From Chiloscyllium plagiosum (Eukaryota), in the NCBI RefSeq assembly GCF_004010195.1, contig NC_057728.1, positions 40,796,376 through 40,860,375 on the forward strand: 64,000 bases of DNA, written 5' to 3'. Below the pieces are notes generated by a model. It was not told where the DNA came from. It ran no database searches and was given only the letters and a program-made list of their open reading frames with translations. Shown in pieces: positions 39,320 through 51,887 of this stretch (positions are counted from its first letter, which is position 1; each line of letters begins with the position of its first letter). A program made the position numbers and the translations under genes.

Positions 39320-39910
39320 TTGTTATTCTTTCATGGGATGTGTGTACTGTCAGCTGAATCTGCATTTATTACTCATTCCTAATATCCGTTGAAAAGGTGA
39401 TGGTGAGCTGCCTTCTTCAACTGCTGCAGTCAATATGATGCAAGCACACTCACAGTGCTGTTAAGAAAGGAAGTCCAGGATGATAGCCAGCTGACAGTGG
39501 AGGAACAATTACAGAGTTCCAGGTAAGAATGGTGTGGAGCTTGGAAGAGAACTTGCAGATGGCAATGTTCCTGTGCATCTGGTGCCCTTGGCCTTATAGG
39601 TGATAGAGTTCAAGGATTTTAAGATTTTTCTTAAAGGAGGCACAGTGAATTGCTGCAGTGCATCTTGCCGATGGCACAAACAGTTGCTTCAGCAGTAAAG
39701 GGAGTAAATGTTGAAGGTGGTTGATGTGGTGCTCTGTCCTGGATGGTATTGAGCTTAAAGAGTGTTGATGGAGCTATGCTGAAATGTATAGATGGAGAGT
39801 ATCCCACTGCAATCCTGACTTGAGCTTGTAGACAGCAGACATGCTTTGGGGAGAAAATAATTGAGTTACTGCCGAATTCCTAAGATCTGACCAGCTCTTC
39901 TCGCCACATT
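39320..39910 (-). mobile_element. Older CR1-like LINE 3' fragment
   Basis: Reverse-complement homology to 33960-34535. Confidence 0.75.
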
Positions 39911-40769
39911 GGGCCTAATTTTCTGAGATTGCCAACCCAGTCGTCCCTTTTCACGCAAAGAAAGGGCTCCATATTTCTGACTGAAGATTCTGATCAGACC
40001 TCCTTCAGGAATGCAGAGCCATATTTCCTTTGTGACAGGTCTCTCATCAAACAGTGAAGATTCAGTCAGTACAATAGCCTTAAAACTGTTTTAAGGATAA
40101 ATCTCCCAGTCAGAATGTTAATCGATCTGTTCTCTTTATAAATGCTGACACACATGCTCTGGATAAACTGTAAATGGTGATAATGAGAAATAATCTCATC
40201 TGTATTTTGAGATACCAAAGTATTTCTGATAACTAGGGAGATTGTGTAAATAACAGGAACCTCCTATTTTCCATTGAAGCTGAGGTTTAAAAGAAACACA
40301 ATTGTTTTAAAGTAAAATAATATCTTTCTCATAAACCTGTTGGCTATTGGTTATTTTAGTTGGCCTGAGCTTGAAATAAATCCTGACAATCTCGAAGGTG
40401 TATTTTTCCAGAAACGATGGTGAATCAGCCACGCAATGTGATATAGAAAAAATCTGAGTTGTTTGTCCTTATTATATGGTGTTTTGCATCAGCAGAATGA
40501 CTGCTTTATGGCCAGCAATTGTGAGCTGCACTACATACTTGACATGAAATAATGTTCCAACTGGCACAACAACCAAATTAAAAGTGAAACCAATATCACT
40601 GTTGCTGTATCATTCTGATAGTATCATGAAAATGGCAGGTAACATTCTCACCAGACAAATGGCATGCAATGACCATCTCCAAAAAGAGCGAATTTAATCA
40701 ACTCCCTATGACAATCAATAATGTTAACATCACTGGATCCCCCACTATCAAAATCCTGGAGTTATCTGA

Positions 40770-41680
40770 ACCAAAAAAAAGCAATTGCTGGAAAACCTCA
40801 GCAGGTGTGGCTGCATCAGTGGAGAGAAACAGAGTTAACATTAAGGGGTGGCACGGTGGCTCAGTGGTTAGCACTGCTGCCTCACAGCACCAGGGTCCCA
40901 GGTTCAATTCCAGCCTCGGGCAACTGTCTGTGTGGAGTTTGCACGTTCTCTCCGTGTTTGTGTGGGTTTCCTCCCACAGTCCAAAGATGTGCCGATTAGG
41001 TGAATTGGCCATGTTAAATTGCCCATAGTGTTAGGTTCATTAGTCAGAGGAAAATGGGTCTGGGTGGGTTACTCTTTGGAGGATCGGTAGTGGACTTGTT
41101 GAACCAAAGGACCTGTTTCCACACGGTAGAGAATCTAATCTAATTTCAGGCCCAGTGACTGTTCTTCAGAACTGATGATAGCGAGGAAAAGGATGTTTTT
41201 TGTACAAAGGATGGGCTGAGAGACGTAGAGCTAGAGCCGAAAGTGAGAGAGAAAAACAGACAAAAGTGTGGTTAAAGGTTATTCTGGGGAATGAATACTT
41301 GCTAATGGGGACTATTAGGAGCTGACAATGGATAGTATGTAGTAGCAGGTCATGCAATGCCAGGGCCTGGTGTGTGAGGGTTGGGGAAAGCAATAGGGAA
41401 AGATGCTCAAGCCCTAAAATTATTGAACTCGATATTAAGTCCCAATGGCAGCAGGGTTGCCATGCAGAAAATGAGCTGCTGTTCTATCAGCTTGTGCTGA
41501 ACTTCACTGGAGTACTGCAACAAGCCTGAGACAGAGATGTGCACCAGCGAACACAAATGTTGTGTTGAAGTGGCAGGCAATTGGAAGCTCAGGGTTATTT
41601 TTGCAAACAGAATGTAGGTGTTCTGCAAAGTGGTCACTTCGCCCGTGCCTCGTTTCCCCAATGTAGAGGAGACTACACTA
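40770..41680 (-). mobile_element. Penelope-like element (family D) GIY-YIG end
   Basis: Minus strand reads SLLYIGETRHGR and EQQLIFCMATLLPLGLNIEFNNFR; terminus homologous to 5413-5510. Confidence 0.75.
40845..41143 (+). mobile_element. tRNA-derived V-SINE (HE1-like), inserted in a family D Penelope-like terminus
   Basis: Same A/B boxes, V-domain and (TCTAA)n tail as 29002-29325; flanks rejoin as GAGTTAACAT|TTTCAGGCCCAGTGAC. Confidence 0.9.
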
Positions 41681-42317
41681 TGAATTGAAATGGACTGGTT
41701 ATATAACTACCGCCTAGACTTTCTGATGATGAGATAGCAGTTTCTGAAGCCTAGATGAAGTTTGCATAGGACCCTGCAAAATTAACTATTAATCATTTCC
41801 ACCTGAACAGGGTAAAATATAAAGACCCAAAAATTGCCATACATGAAGTGCTTTACATAAACTTACAGCTCAGATGTTTCGAGGATCAACTCTGCTCTAT
41901 TTTTGAAGGTGTTTTGGAGAACTGATGCTTAAAATTAGAGATAATATAGCACTCTGTGACATTCCAAACCTGAAATATCAAAAACCTAGAAGGACAAGGA
42001 CAGAAAATATATTGGAACAGCGTCACTTGCATGTTCTTCTCCAAACCACTCACCATCCTGATTTGGAAATATATTACCATTTCTTCAGTGTCACTGGGTC
42101 AAAATCCTGGAATTTCCTTCCCAACAGCACTCAATTTATCAGCAATGCTGAGACTACCACCAATTTCTCAAGTACAGTAAGGGACAGACAATAAATATTG
42201 GTTCAGCCAATATTGTGAAAGAATAAAATAAAAGGGTACAAGGGCTGTGATAGCAGTACCTCTTGATCTGTAATAATATCACAAAATAGAGAAACGAGGA
42301 AAAGACCTATGGAGAGA

Positions 42318-42448
42318 CATGATTTGGAGATGCCGGTGTTGGACTGGGGTGTACAAAGTTAAAAATCACACAACACCAGGTTATAGTCCAACAGGTTTAA
42401 TTGGAAGCACACTAGCTTTCGGAGTGACACTCCTTCATCAGGTGATAG
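42318..42448 (-). mobile_element. Penelope-like family C terminal repeat
   Basis: Homologous to 51770-51890 and 53865-54069; intact hammerhead core at 42410-42444. Confidence 0.75.
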
Positions 42449-43074
42449 TCATCTTCCGATGTGTAGCAGACAAAATGCAGGGAACTGAATCAGATTTAAT
42501 TAAACAAACACTTCATTATTTTAACTCTTTAAGTACCAGTAATCAATGTAAAACACACATTTGTTGCAACATTTACTTCTTACTTCATATTACTAAACTT
42601 CAACTTTAACTCATTTAATTCAATTTCACTTTAACCTACCAAAATTTAACCCACATTTAATTTTAACTGTAACTTTAATTGTATTTGTTTAGCTTGAAAC
42701 AAATACTACCCTGATTCGAGTGAAGTGGCCAATTTTCCTTTCAGTGTAGATCTTGCCTTGCAGTTCTTTGTCCTCTCTGTAAATAACTTTCTTGTCAAGG
42801 GCACATTCTTCTCAAGTGTTGGTCTAACTCCTGCAAAATCCTTTGTTCAACTAACTTTTATCCCGAAGTGTGCACATCCTTCTCAAAACATCTCTGACAC
42901 TCAGCCAATGATTGACCAAACCTGACCACACTGTTGATCCAAGCCAATGAAGTTTGTTGGTAAATATCTCCCAAATCTGTATACCAAGACATGGACAGCC
43001 AAATTCCAGGCTGCATATAAGGTAATATGTTGTCATTATGAAAAGCAGACCACCATGACATCTCATTATTTGGT

Positions 43075-43477
43075 GAAAGTGTGGACTGCAGATGCTGGAG
43101 ATCAGTCAAGATTAGAGTGGTGCTGAGAAAGAACAGCAGGTCAGGCAGCATCCGAGGAGCAGGAAAGTCAACATTTTGGGAAAAGCCCTTTATCAGGAAT
43201 TCGAGGAAATCACCTCCAACACCCAAAATATCTCATAAAAGGAGCAGCCTGTTACAGCCAGAAATTTTTCCCGTCCTCCATCTTGGGTCAAGCTAGCTTA
43301 AACTCTAACCTCGAATAAACTGCATCACGGACATTTTGTGACTTGTCCTGTGAGCTGCTAAAGGGCTTTTGTAACTTGTACCTTCTTGATGAACAGCTTT
43401 TGCCCGAAACATCGATTTTCCTGCTCCTCGGATGCTGCCTGACCTTCTGTGCTTTACCAGCACCTCTCTAATCTCAC
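43075..43477. mobile_element. Penelope-like family B fold-back with a captured insert, 13-bp TSD
   Basis: TSD CTCATTATTTGGT at 43062-43074 and 43478-43490; arms 43075-43200 and 43383-43477. Confidence 0.85.
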
Positions 43478-43493
43478 CTCATTATTTGGTCAA

Positions 43494-45920
43494 AGAGTCA
43501 TAGAGATGTACAGCATGGAAACAGAGCCTTCGGTCCAACTCGTCCATGCTGACCAGATATCCCAACCCAATCTAGTCCCACCTGCTAGCACCCGGCCCAT
43601 ATCCCTCCAAACCCCTCCTATTCATACACCGATCCAAATGCCTCTTAAATGTTGCAATTCTACCAGCCTCCACCATTTCCTCTGGCAGCTCATTCCACAC
43701 CCTCTGTGTGAAAATGTTGCCCCTTAGGTATCTTTTATATCTTTCCCCTCTCACCCTAAACCTATGTCCTCTAGTACTGGACTCCCCAACCCCAGGAAAA
43801 AAAACTTTGTCTTTTTATCCTATCCATGCCCCTCAAAATTTTGTAAACCTCTATAAGATCACCCCTCAGCCTCTGATGCTCCAGGGAAAACAGCCCCAGC
43901 CTGTTCAGCCTCTCCCTATAGCTCAAATCCTTCACCCTGGCAACATCTTTGTCAATATTTTCTGAACCCTTTCAAGCATCACAACATCTTTCCGATAGGA
44001 AGGAGACCAGAATTTCACACAATATTCCAACAGTGGCCTAACCAATGTCCTGTATAGCCGCAACATGACTTCCCAACTCCTGTACTCAATACTCTGACCA
44101 ATAAAGGAAAGCATACCAAATGCCTTCTTCACTATCCTTTCTACCTGCAACTCCGCTTTCAAGGAGCTATGAACTTGCAATCCAAGGTCTCTTTGTTCAG
44201 CAACACTACCTAGGACCTTACCATTAAGCGTATATGTCCTGCTAAGGTTTGCTTTCCCAAAATGCAGCACCTCGCATTTATCTGAATTAAACTCCATCTG
44301 CCACTTCTCTGCCCATTGGCCCATCTGGTCCAGATACTGTTGTAATCTGAGGGAACCCTCTTCGCTGTCCACTACACCTCCAATTTTGGTATCATCTGCA
44401 AACTTACTAACTGTACCTCTTATGCTCACATCCAAATCATTTATGTAAATGACAAAAAGTAGAGGACCCAACACCAATCCTTGTGGCTCTCCACTGGTCA
44501 CAGGCCTCCAGTCTGAAAAGCAACCCTCCACCACCACCCTCTGTCTTTTACCTTTGAGCCTGTTCTGTATCCAGATGGCTAGTTCTCCCTGTATTCCGTG
44601 AGATCTAACCTTGCTAATCAATCTCCCATGGGGAACCTTGTCGAACGCCTTACTGAAATCCATATAGATCACATCTATCGCTCTGCCCTCATCAATCCTC
44701 TTTGTAACTTCCTCAAAAAACTCAATCAAGTTTGTGACAAATGATTTCTCACGCACAAAGCCATGTTGACTATCCCAAATCGGTCCTTGCCTTTCCAAAT
44801 ACATGTACATCCTGTCCCTCAGGATTCCCTCCAACAACTTTCCCACCACTGACATCAGGCTCACTGGGCTATAGTTCCCTGGCTTGTCCTTACCACCCTT
44901 CTTCAACAGTGGCACCACGTTAGCCACCCTCCATCTTCCAGCACCGCACCTGTGACTATCAAGGATACAAATATCTCAGCAAGAGGCCCAAGCAATCACT
45001 TCTCTAGCTTCTCACAGAGTTCTAGGGTACACCTGATCAGGTCCTAGGGATTTATCCACCTTTGTGAGTTTCAAGACATCCAGCACTTCCTCCTCTGTAA
45101 TATGGACATTTTGCAAGATGTCACCATCTATTTCTCTACAGTCTATATCTTCCATATCCTTTTCCACAGTAAATACTGATGCAAAGTACTAATTTAGTAT
45201 CTCCTCCATTTTCTGCGGCTCCACACAAAGGCCGCCTTGCTGATCTTTGAGGGGCCCTATTTTCTCCCTAGCTACCCTTTTGTCCTTAATGTATTTGTAA
45301 AAACCCTTGGGATTCTCCTTAATTCTATTTGCCAAAGCTATCTCATGTTCCCTTTTTGCCCTCCTGATTTCCCACTTAAGTATACTCCTCCCGCCTTTGT
45401 ACTCCTCTAAGGATTCACTCGATCTATCCTGTCCATACCTTACTTATGCTTCCTTCTTTTTCTTAACCAAACCCTCAATTTCTTTAGTCATCCAGCATTC
45501 CCTATATCTACCAGCCTTTCCTTTCACCCTGACAGGAATATATTTTCTCTGGATTCTCGTTATCTCATTTCTGAAGGCTTCCCATTTTCCAGCTGTCCCT
45601 TTACCTGTGAACATCTGCCCCCAAACAGCTTTTGAAAGTTCTTGCCTAATACCGTCAAAATTGGCCTTTCTCCAATTTAGAACTTCAACTTTTAGATCTG
45701 GACTATCCTTTTCCATCACTATTTTAAATCTAATAGAATTATGGTCACTGGCCCTAAAGTGCTCTCCCACTGACACCTCAGTCACCTGCCCTGCCTTATT
45801 TTCCAAGAATAGGTCAAGTCTTGCACCTTCTCTAGTAGGTACATCCACATATTGGATCAGAAAATTTTCTTGTACACACTTAACAAATTCCTCTCCATCT
45901 AAACCTTTAACACTATGGCA
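43494..45920 (-). mobile_element. 5'-truncated CR1 LINE (end of endonuclease, RT, 3' UTR)
   Basis: 331-aa ORF 43932-44927 with YMDFSKAFDKVPH, PQGLVLGPLLF, KFADDTK; PTREGARLDL at 45848. Confidence 0.97.
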
Positions 45921-46004
45921 ACAACACGGGAAACTGCAAGTGACAGCTCACAGGACAAGTCACAAAATGTCCGTGATGCAGTTTTATCCGAGATCAGAGT
46001 TTAA

Positions 46005-49000
46005 ACTAGCTTGACCCAAGATGGAGGATGGGAAAAATTTCTGGCTGTAACAGGTTGCTCCTTTTTTGAGGTATTTTAGGTATTGGAGGTGATTTCCTTG
46101 AATTCCAAGAGCAGCAATTACTGTTGTAAAAGCTGTTGCATTGTTTTGGAACTTTGGAGAAAGAACACAGTGAAAACAACAGCACTTCCTAAAGAGAGAG
46201 GACCAAACAAAGGCAGCACATGGTGAGGTCAGTGCAGGAGAGAGGGAGAGAGAGAAAGAAACCCACACTGTTAACTGACACAGCAGTGAACCTACGCAGT
46301 TACTGTCTTTGCTGTTGAATTCATGTATCGCTGGTCATTGGCGTGCATCTGGGAAACTTAACAAATAGTGAAATTCACAACTGATCTTGGAGGAACCTGT
46401 TTGGGAGAGGTCACAGCACAGATAAGTGAATAGTTTGAAGAGCGGCCTTGGGGGTGTCTGCAGTAGTGAACAGAGTGGGTTCTTTCTTGATTATATGTTT
46501 TATGGAGATATGTCTCTTGATTAAAAATATAAGCCATAAGCATTAAGTTAGCCTGGAGCAGTGTTTTGTAGAAGAATAAGTTGGGACAATTTTCTGGGTC
46601 TGCAGATTGGAAGAAGCAAAAATAGCCCTTAGTAGAGTGATATGCTCTTCTTGTTGGATATGGGAGTTTAGGGAGAGTTTACGTGTTACTGAGGATTATA
46701 TCTGCAATAAATGCCATTGGTTGCGAATCCTATCAAATCGAATGGAATATTTAGAGTGACAGTTAGAGGCAATGAGGAATTTACAAAAGTAAGGGGGTTG
46801 GATGGATGGCAGTTATAGGAAGGGTGAAAAGTCACAGATACAATCACATAGATGCGTTAACTCCAGGAAAGGTAAGAGAGGTAGGCAGTTAGTACAGGAG
46901 TCTTCTGTGGCTATCCCCATTTCAAACAAGTATCCTATTCTGGAAAATGTAGGAGGTGATGGATTCTTAGGGGAATGTAGCACAAACGGCCAAGTTTCTG
47001 GTATTGAGACTGGCTCTAATGCAATGAGGGGTACATTGGGTTCCAAGCAATCAATTGTGTTAGGGGACTCTCTAGTCCGAGGCACACAGAGACGTTTCTG
47101 TGGCCAACAGCGAAAATTCAGAATGGCATGTTGCTTCCCTGGTGCCAGGATCATGCATGTCTCAGAGAAGGTGCAGAATATTCTCTAGGGTGAGAGGGCC
47201 CAGGGGAGGTCATTGTATACATCGGAACCAACGACAAAGGAAGGGAAAAGGTTGAGATTCCGAAGGGAGAATACAGTGAGTTAGGCAGGAATTTTAAAAA
47301 GGGTCCACCGATTACTCCCAGTGCTACAAGCTAGTAAGGGTAAGAATAGGAGAATAGAGCAGATGAATGCATGGCTAAGGGACTGGTGTATGGGAGAAGG
47401 ATTCACATTTGTGGATCATTGGAATCTCTTCTGGGGTAGAAGTGATCTGTACAAGAAGGACAGATTGTACCTAAATTGGAAGGGGACTAATATGCTGGCA
47501 GGGAGATTTGCAAGAGCTGCTCCGGAAGGTCTAAACTAGTAAGGTGGGAGGGATGGGACCCTGGGAGTTAGTGAGGAAAGAGATCAATCTGAGCCTGGTA
47601 CAGTTGAGAAAAGAAACAAATAAAAAAGTCAGAGCAGGCAGGGACAAAGCAGAGAACAAGGTAGGACTGATAAATTAAACTTCATTTATTTCAATGCAAG
47701 AGGCCAAACAGGGAAGGCAGATGAACTCAGGGCATGGTTAGGAACATGGGACTGGAATATCATAGCAATTACAGAAACATTGCTCAGGGATGGACAGAAC
47801 TGGCAGCTTAATGTTCCAGAATACAAATGCTACAAGAAGGACAGAAATGGAGGCAAAAGGGGGGGGGGGGGGGAGTGCTATTTGATGAGGGATAGCATTA
47901 CAGCTGTGCTGAGGGAGGATCTTCCTGGAAATACATCCAGGGAAGATATTTGGGTTGAACTGGGAAATAAGAAAGGGATAATCACCTTATTGAGATTGTA
48001 TTATAGACCCCCTAATATTCAGAGGAAATTGAGAAACAAATTTGTAAGAAGATTTCATTAACTATAAGAATAATAGGGTGGTTATGATAGGGGATATTAA
48101 CTTCCCAAACGTAGACTGGAACTGCCACACTGTTAAGAGTTTAGATGGAGAGGAAATTTGTTAAGCGTGTACAAGAAAATTTTCTGATTCAGTGTGTGGA
48201 TGTACCTACTAGAGAAGGTGCAAAACTTGACCTATTCTTGGGAAATAAGGCAGAGCAAGTGACTGAGGTGTCAGTAGGGGAGCACTTTGGGGCCAGCCAC
48301 TATTAGATTTAAATAGCAGATGTTTGCAGGTAAAGGAACAGCTGGAAAATGGGAAGCCTTCAGAAATGAGATGAGAGTCCAGAGACATTTTTTTCCTGTT
48401 GGGGTGAAAGGAATGGCTGGTAGGTGTAGGGAATGCTGGATGATTAAAGAAATTGAGGGTTTGATTCAGAAAAAGAAGGAAGCATATGTCAGCTATAGAC
48501 GGGAAAGATCAAGTGAATCCTTAGAAGAGTATAAAGGCAATAGGAGTATACTTAAGAGGGAAATCAGGAGAGCTTCTTTTCTCAACTGTACCAGTCTCAG
48601 ATTGATCTCTTTCCTCACTATCTCCCTGGGACATGAGATAGCTTTGGCAAATAGAGTTAAGGAGAATCCAAAGGGTTTTTACAAATACATTAAGGACAAA
48701 AAGGTAACTAGGGAGAGGGCCCCTCAAAGATCAGCAATGCAGCCTTTGCGTGAAGCCGCAGGAGATAGTGGAGATACTAAACCAATATTTTGCATGAGTG
48801 TTTACTGTGGAAATGGACATAGAAGACATAGAAGATATAGAATGTAGGGAAATAGATGGTGACATTTTGCAAAATGTCCATATTACAGAGGAGGAAGTGC
48901 TGGATGTCTTGAAGCGCATAAAGGTGGATAAATCCCCAGGACCTGATCAGGTGTACCCAAGAACCCTGTGGGAAGCTAGAGAAGTGATTGCTGGGCCTCT

Positions 49001-50458
49001 TACTGAGATATTTGCATCCTTGATAGTCACAGGTGAGGTGCCGGAAGACTGGAGGTTGGCTAACGTGGTGCCACTGTTTAAGAAAGGTAGTAAGGAGAAG
49101 CCAGGGAACTATAGACCAGTGAGCCTGATGTCGGTGGTGGGCAGGTTGTTGGAGGGAATCCTGAGGGATAGGATGTACATGTATTCGGAAAGGCAAGGAC
49201 TGATTAGGGATAGTCAACATGGCTTTGTGCATGGGAAATCATGTGTCACAAACTTCATTGAGTTTTTTGAAGAAGTAATAAGGAGGATTGATGAGGGCAG
49301 AGCGGTAAATGTGAACAATATGGACTTCAGTAAGGCATTCGACAAGGTTCCCATGGGAGACTGATGAGCAAGGTTAGATCTCACGGAATTCAGAGAGAAC
49401 TAGCCATTTGGATACAGAACTGGCTCAAAGGTGGTGGAGGGTTGTTTTTCAGACTGGAGGCCTGTGATCAGTGGAATGTCATAAGGATTGGTGCTGGGTC
49501 CACTATTTTTCATCATTTATATAAATATGTGGATATGAACATAGGAGGTATAGTTAGTAAGTTTGCAGATGACATCAAAATTGGAGGTATAGTGGACAGC
49601 AAAGAGGATTACCTCAGATTACAACAGGATCTTGATCTGATAAGCCAATGGGCAGAGAAGTGGCAGATGGAGTTTAATTTAGATAAATGTGAGGTGCTGC
49701 ATTTTGGGAAACAAATGTTAGCAGGACTTATATACTTAATGGTAAGGTCTTAGGTAGTGTTGCTGAACAAAGAGACTTTGCATGCAGGTTCATAGCTCCT
49801 TGAAAGTAGAGTCGCAGGTAGATAAGATAGTGAAGAAGGCATTTGGTATGCTTCCTTTATTGGTCAAAGTATTGAGTACAGGAGTTGAGAGGTCATGTTG
49901 CGGCTGTACAGAACATTGGTTAGGCCACTGTTGGAATATTGCGTGCAATTCTGGTCTCCTTCCTATTGGATGGATGTTGTGAAACTTGAAAGTGTTCAGA
50001 AAAGATTTACAAGGATGTTGCCAGGGTTGGAGTATTTGAGCTATAGGGAGAGGTAGAATAGGTGAGGGCTGTTTTCCCTGTAACATCAGAGGTTGAGGGG
50101 TGACCTTATAGAGGTTTACAAAATCATGAGGGGAATTGATAGGGTAAATAGACAAGGTCTTTTCCCAGAAGGCATAGGTTCAGGGTGAGAGGGGAAAGAT
50201 ATAAAAGATACCTAAGGGGCAACATTTTTACACAGAGGATGGTGTGTGTGTGGAATGGATTGCCAGAGGAAGTGGTGGAGGCTGGTACAATTGCAACATT
50301 TAAGAGGCATCTGGATGGGTATATGAATAGGAAGTGTTTGGAGGGATATTGGCCAGGTGCTGGCAGGTGGGACTAGATTGGGTTGGGATATCTGGTTGGC
50401 ATGAATGAGTTGGACCAAACGGTCAGTTTCCATGCTGTACATCTCTATGACTCTATGA
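46005..50458 (+). mobile_element. Near full-length, disrupted CR1 LINE (5' UTR, ORF1 Zn-finger + SGNH esterase, ORF2 APE + RT)
   Basis: ORF1: VICSSC..ICNKC, IVLGDSLVRG, IGTND, KKDRLYLNWKG; ORF2: YFNARG, IIAITET, YYRPPN, GDINFP, RT motifs; ends CTCTATGACTCTATGA. Many stops and frameshifts; 5' boundary approximate. Confidence 0.95.
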
Positions 50459-51305
50459 CCAAAATTCCTACAATGTTTGATTGTAGCTCTTAACCTGTCT
50501 TGTAGCCATTTCTATGCTGGTCATCTAACCATAACACTTCTACATCCACTTGACCCAGCAAACATGTCTAATATGATTCAGATTTAACAATGAGTTCAGT
50601 TTTGAAGAAGGGTCATATTCAATTTGAAACATTAACTGTTTCTCTCTCCATAGGTTTTGCCAGATATGCTCTGTATTCCCAGTATTTTTCCAATTTCTAA
50701 ATTACAGGTTCTGCAGTATGTTAATTTTTATCAAGTGGGAGGTGGTAATTGTGATATCACTGTAACCCAGCCTGGAGTCTCACACGAGAGCAGGAATGAT
50801 GTTGCCAGCGGCCAGAAAGATCTCAGTGACTTTGAATTTATATGGACTAGGGTCTTTTTAGGTGGTAGTGGATGCCATCTCAAACATTTTCCACTACACT
50901 GCCATCAGAGCATTCAGGAGGGCAAGATGTCAAGTATTCCAGTAAATAATTACGCAAGGACCATCATTCTATTTACCTTTACCTTACATCGTCATTTACA
51001 ATACATCACAATAACGAATGCATAATATCCTGGCAGCAGTCACAATGTATCCTGCAGTGTTTCCTGCTCCTCGGATCTGCCTGACCTGCTGTGCTTTTTC
51101 AGCACTACTCTAACCTTGACTCTGATCTCCAGCATCTGCAGTCCTCACTTTCGCCACAATGTATCCAGCACGAGCCAGTAATTCCCAAGGGACTTTAGCT
51201 CTCCACGAAGAACTTCCTATACATCAATGAAGAATGAACAGAACAGCTTGGCTGTCAATATTTGAAAACAATGGGGATCCTTTAGTTAATGTTTTCATTA
51301 CCTTG

Positions 51306-51887
51306 TCAAAAATCACACAACATGAGGTTATAGTCCAACGGTTTAATTGGAAGCACTAGCTTTCGGAGAGCCGTTCCTTCATCAGGTGGTTGTGGAGGAC
51401 TTTATTGTAAGACGCAGAATTTATAGCAAAAGTTTACAGTGTGATGTAACTGAAATTATACATTGAAAAATTGTTTGTTGAGTCTTTCATCTGTTCGAAT
51501 ACCATGATAGTTTCACTTCCTTCATATGTAAATCACAACACTTTTTTAAAAAGTTACTTCTCAGGTTAACTGTAACAATTGGTGTTAGCCCTCTGTGTTC
51601 TCTGTCCATGCCATAATGTTTAGACCGATTCTAATCTAAAACATGAGTTAACAGAGTCTTACATGAATTCATGCAGTTTTTGAGCAAAGTACAATGTAAC
51701 TCTGCAAGTACAAATTCACCCAACAAATGTATATGCATATGTGTTCATGTGTTTATGTCCTCCCCAACCACCTGGTGAAAGAGCGTTGCTCCGAAAGCTG
51801 GTGCTTCCAATTAAACCTGTTGGACTATAACCTGGTGTTGTGTGATTTTTAACTTTGTACACTCCAGTCCAACACCGGCATCTCCAA
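51306..51887. mobile_element. Penelope-like family C inverted-repeat element, 12-bp TSD
   Basis: TSD TTCATTACCTTG at 51294-51305 and 51888-51899; inverted terminal arms of about 85 bp. Confidence 0.8.

Noticed and set aside
42410..42444. Compensatory change in hammerhead helix II (GGAGT/ACTCC vs GGAGC/GCTCC) as evidence of selection
   Set aside because: Both changes are at CpG sites and can be explained by methylation-driven decay.
43932..44927. 331-aa RT ORF as a host gene or novel RT system
   Set aside because: Ordinary CR1 ORF2 fragment bounded by frameshifts, with many homologous copies in the window.
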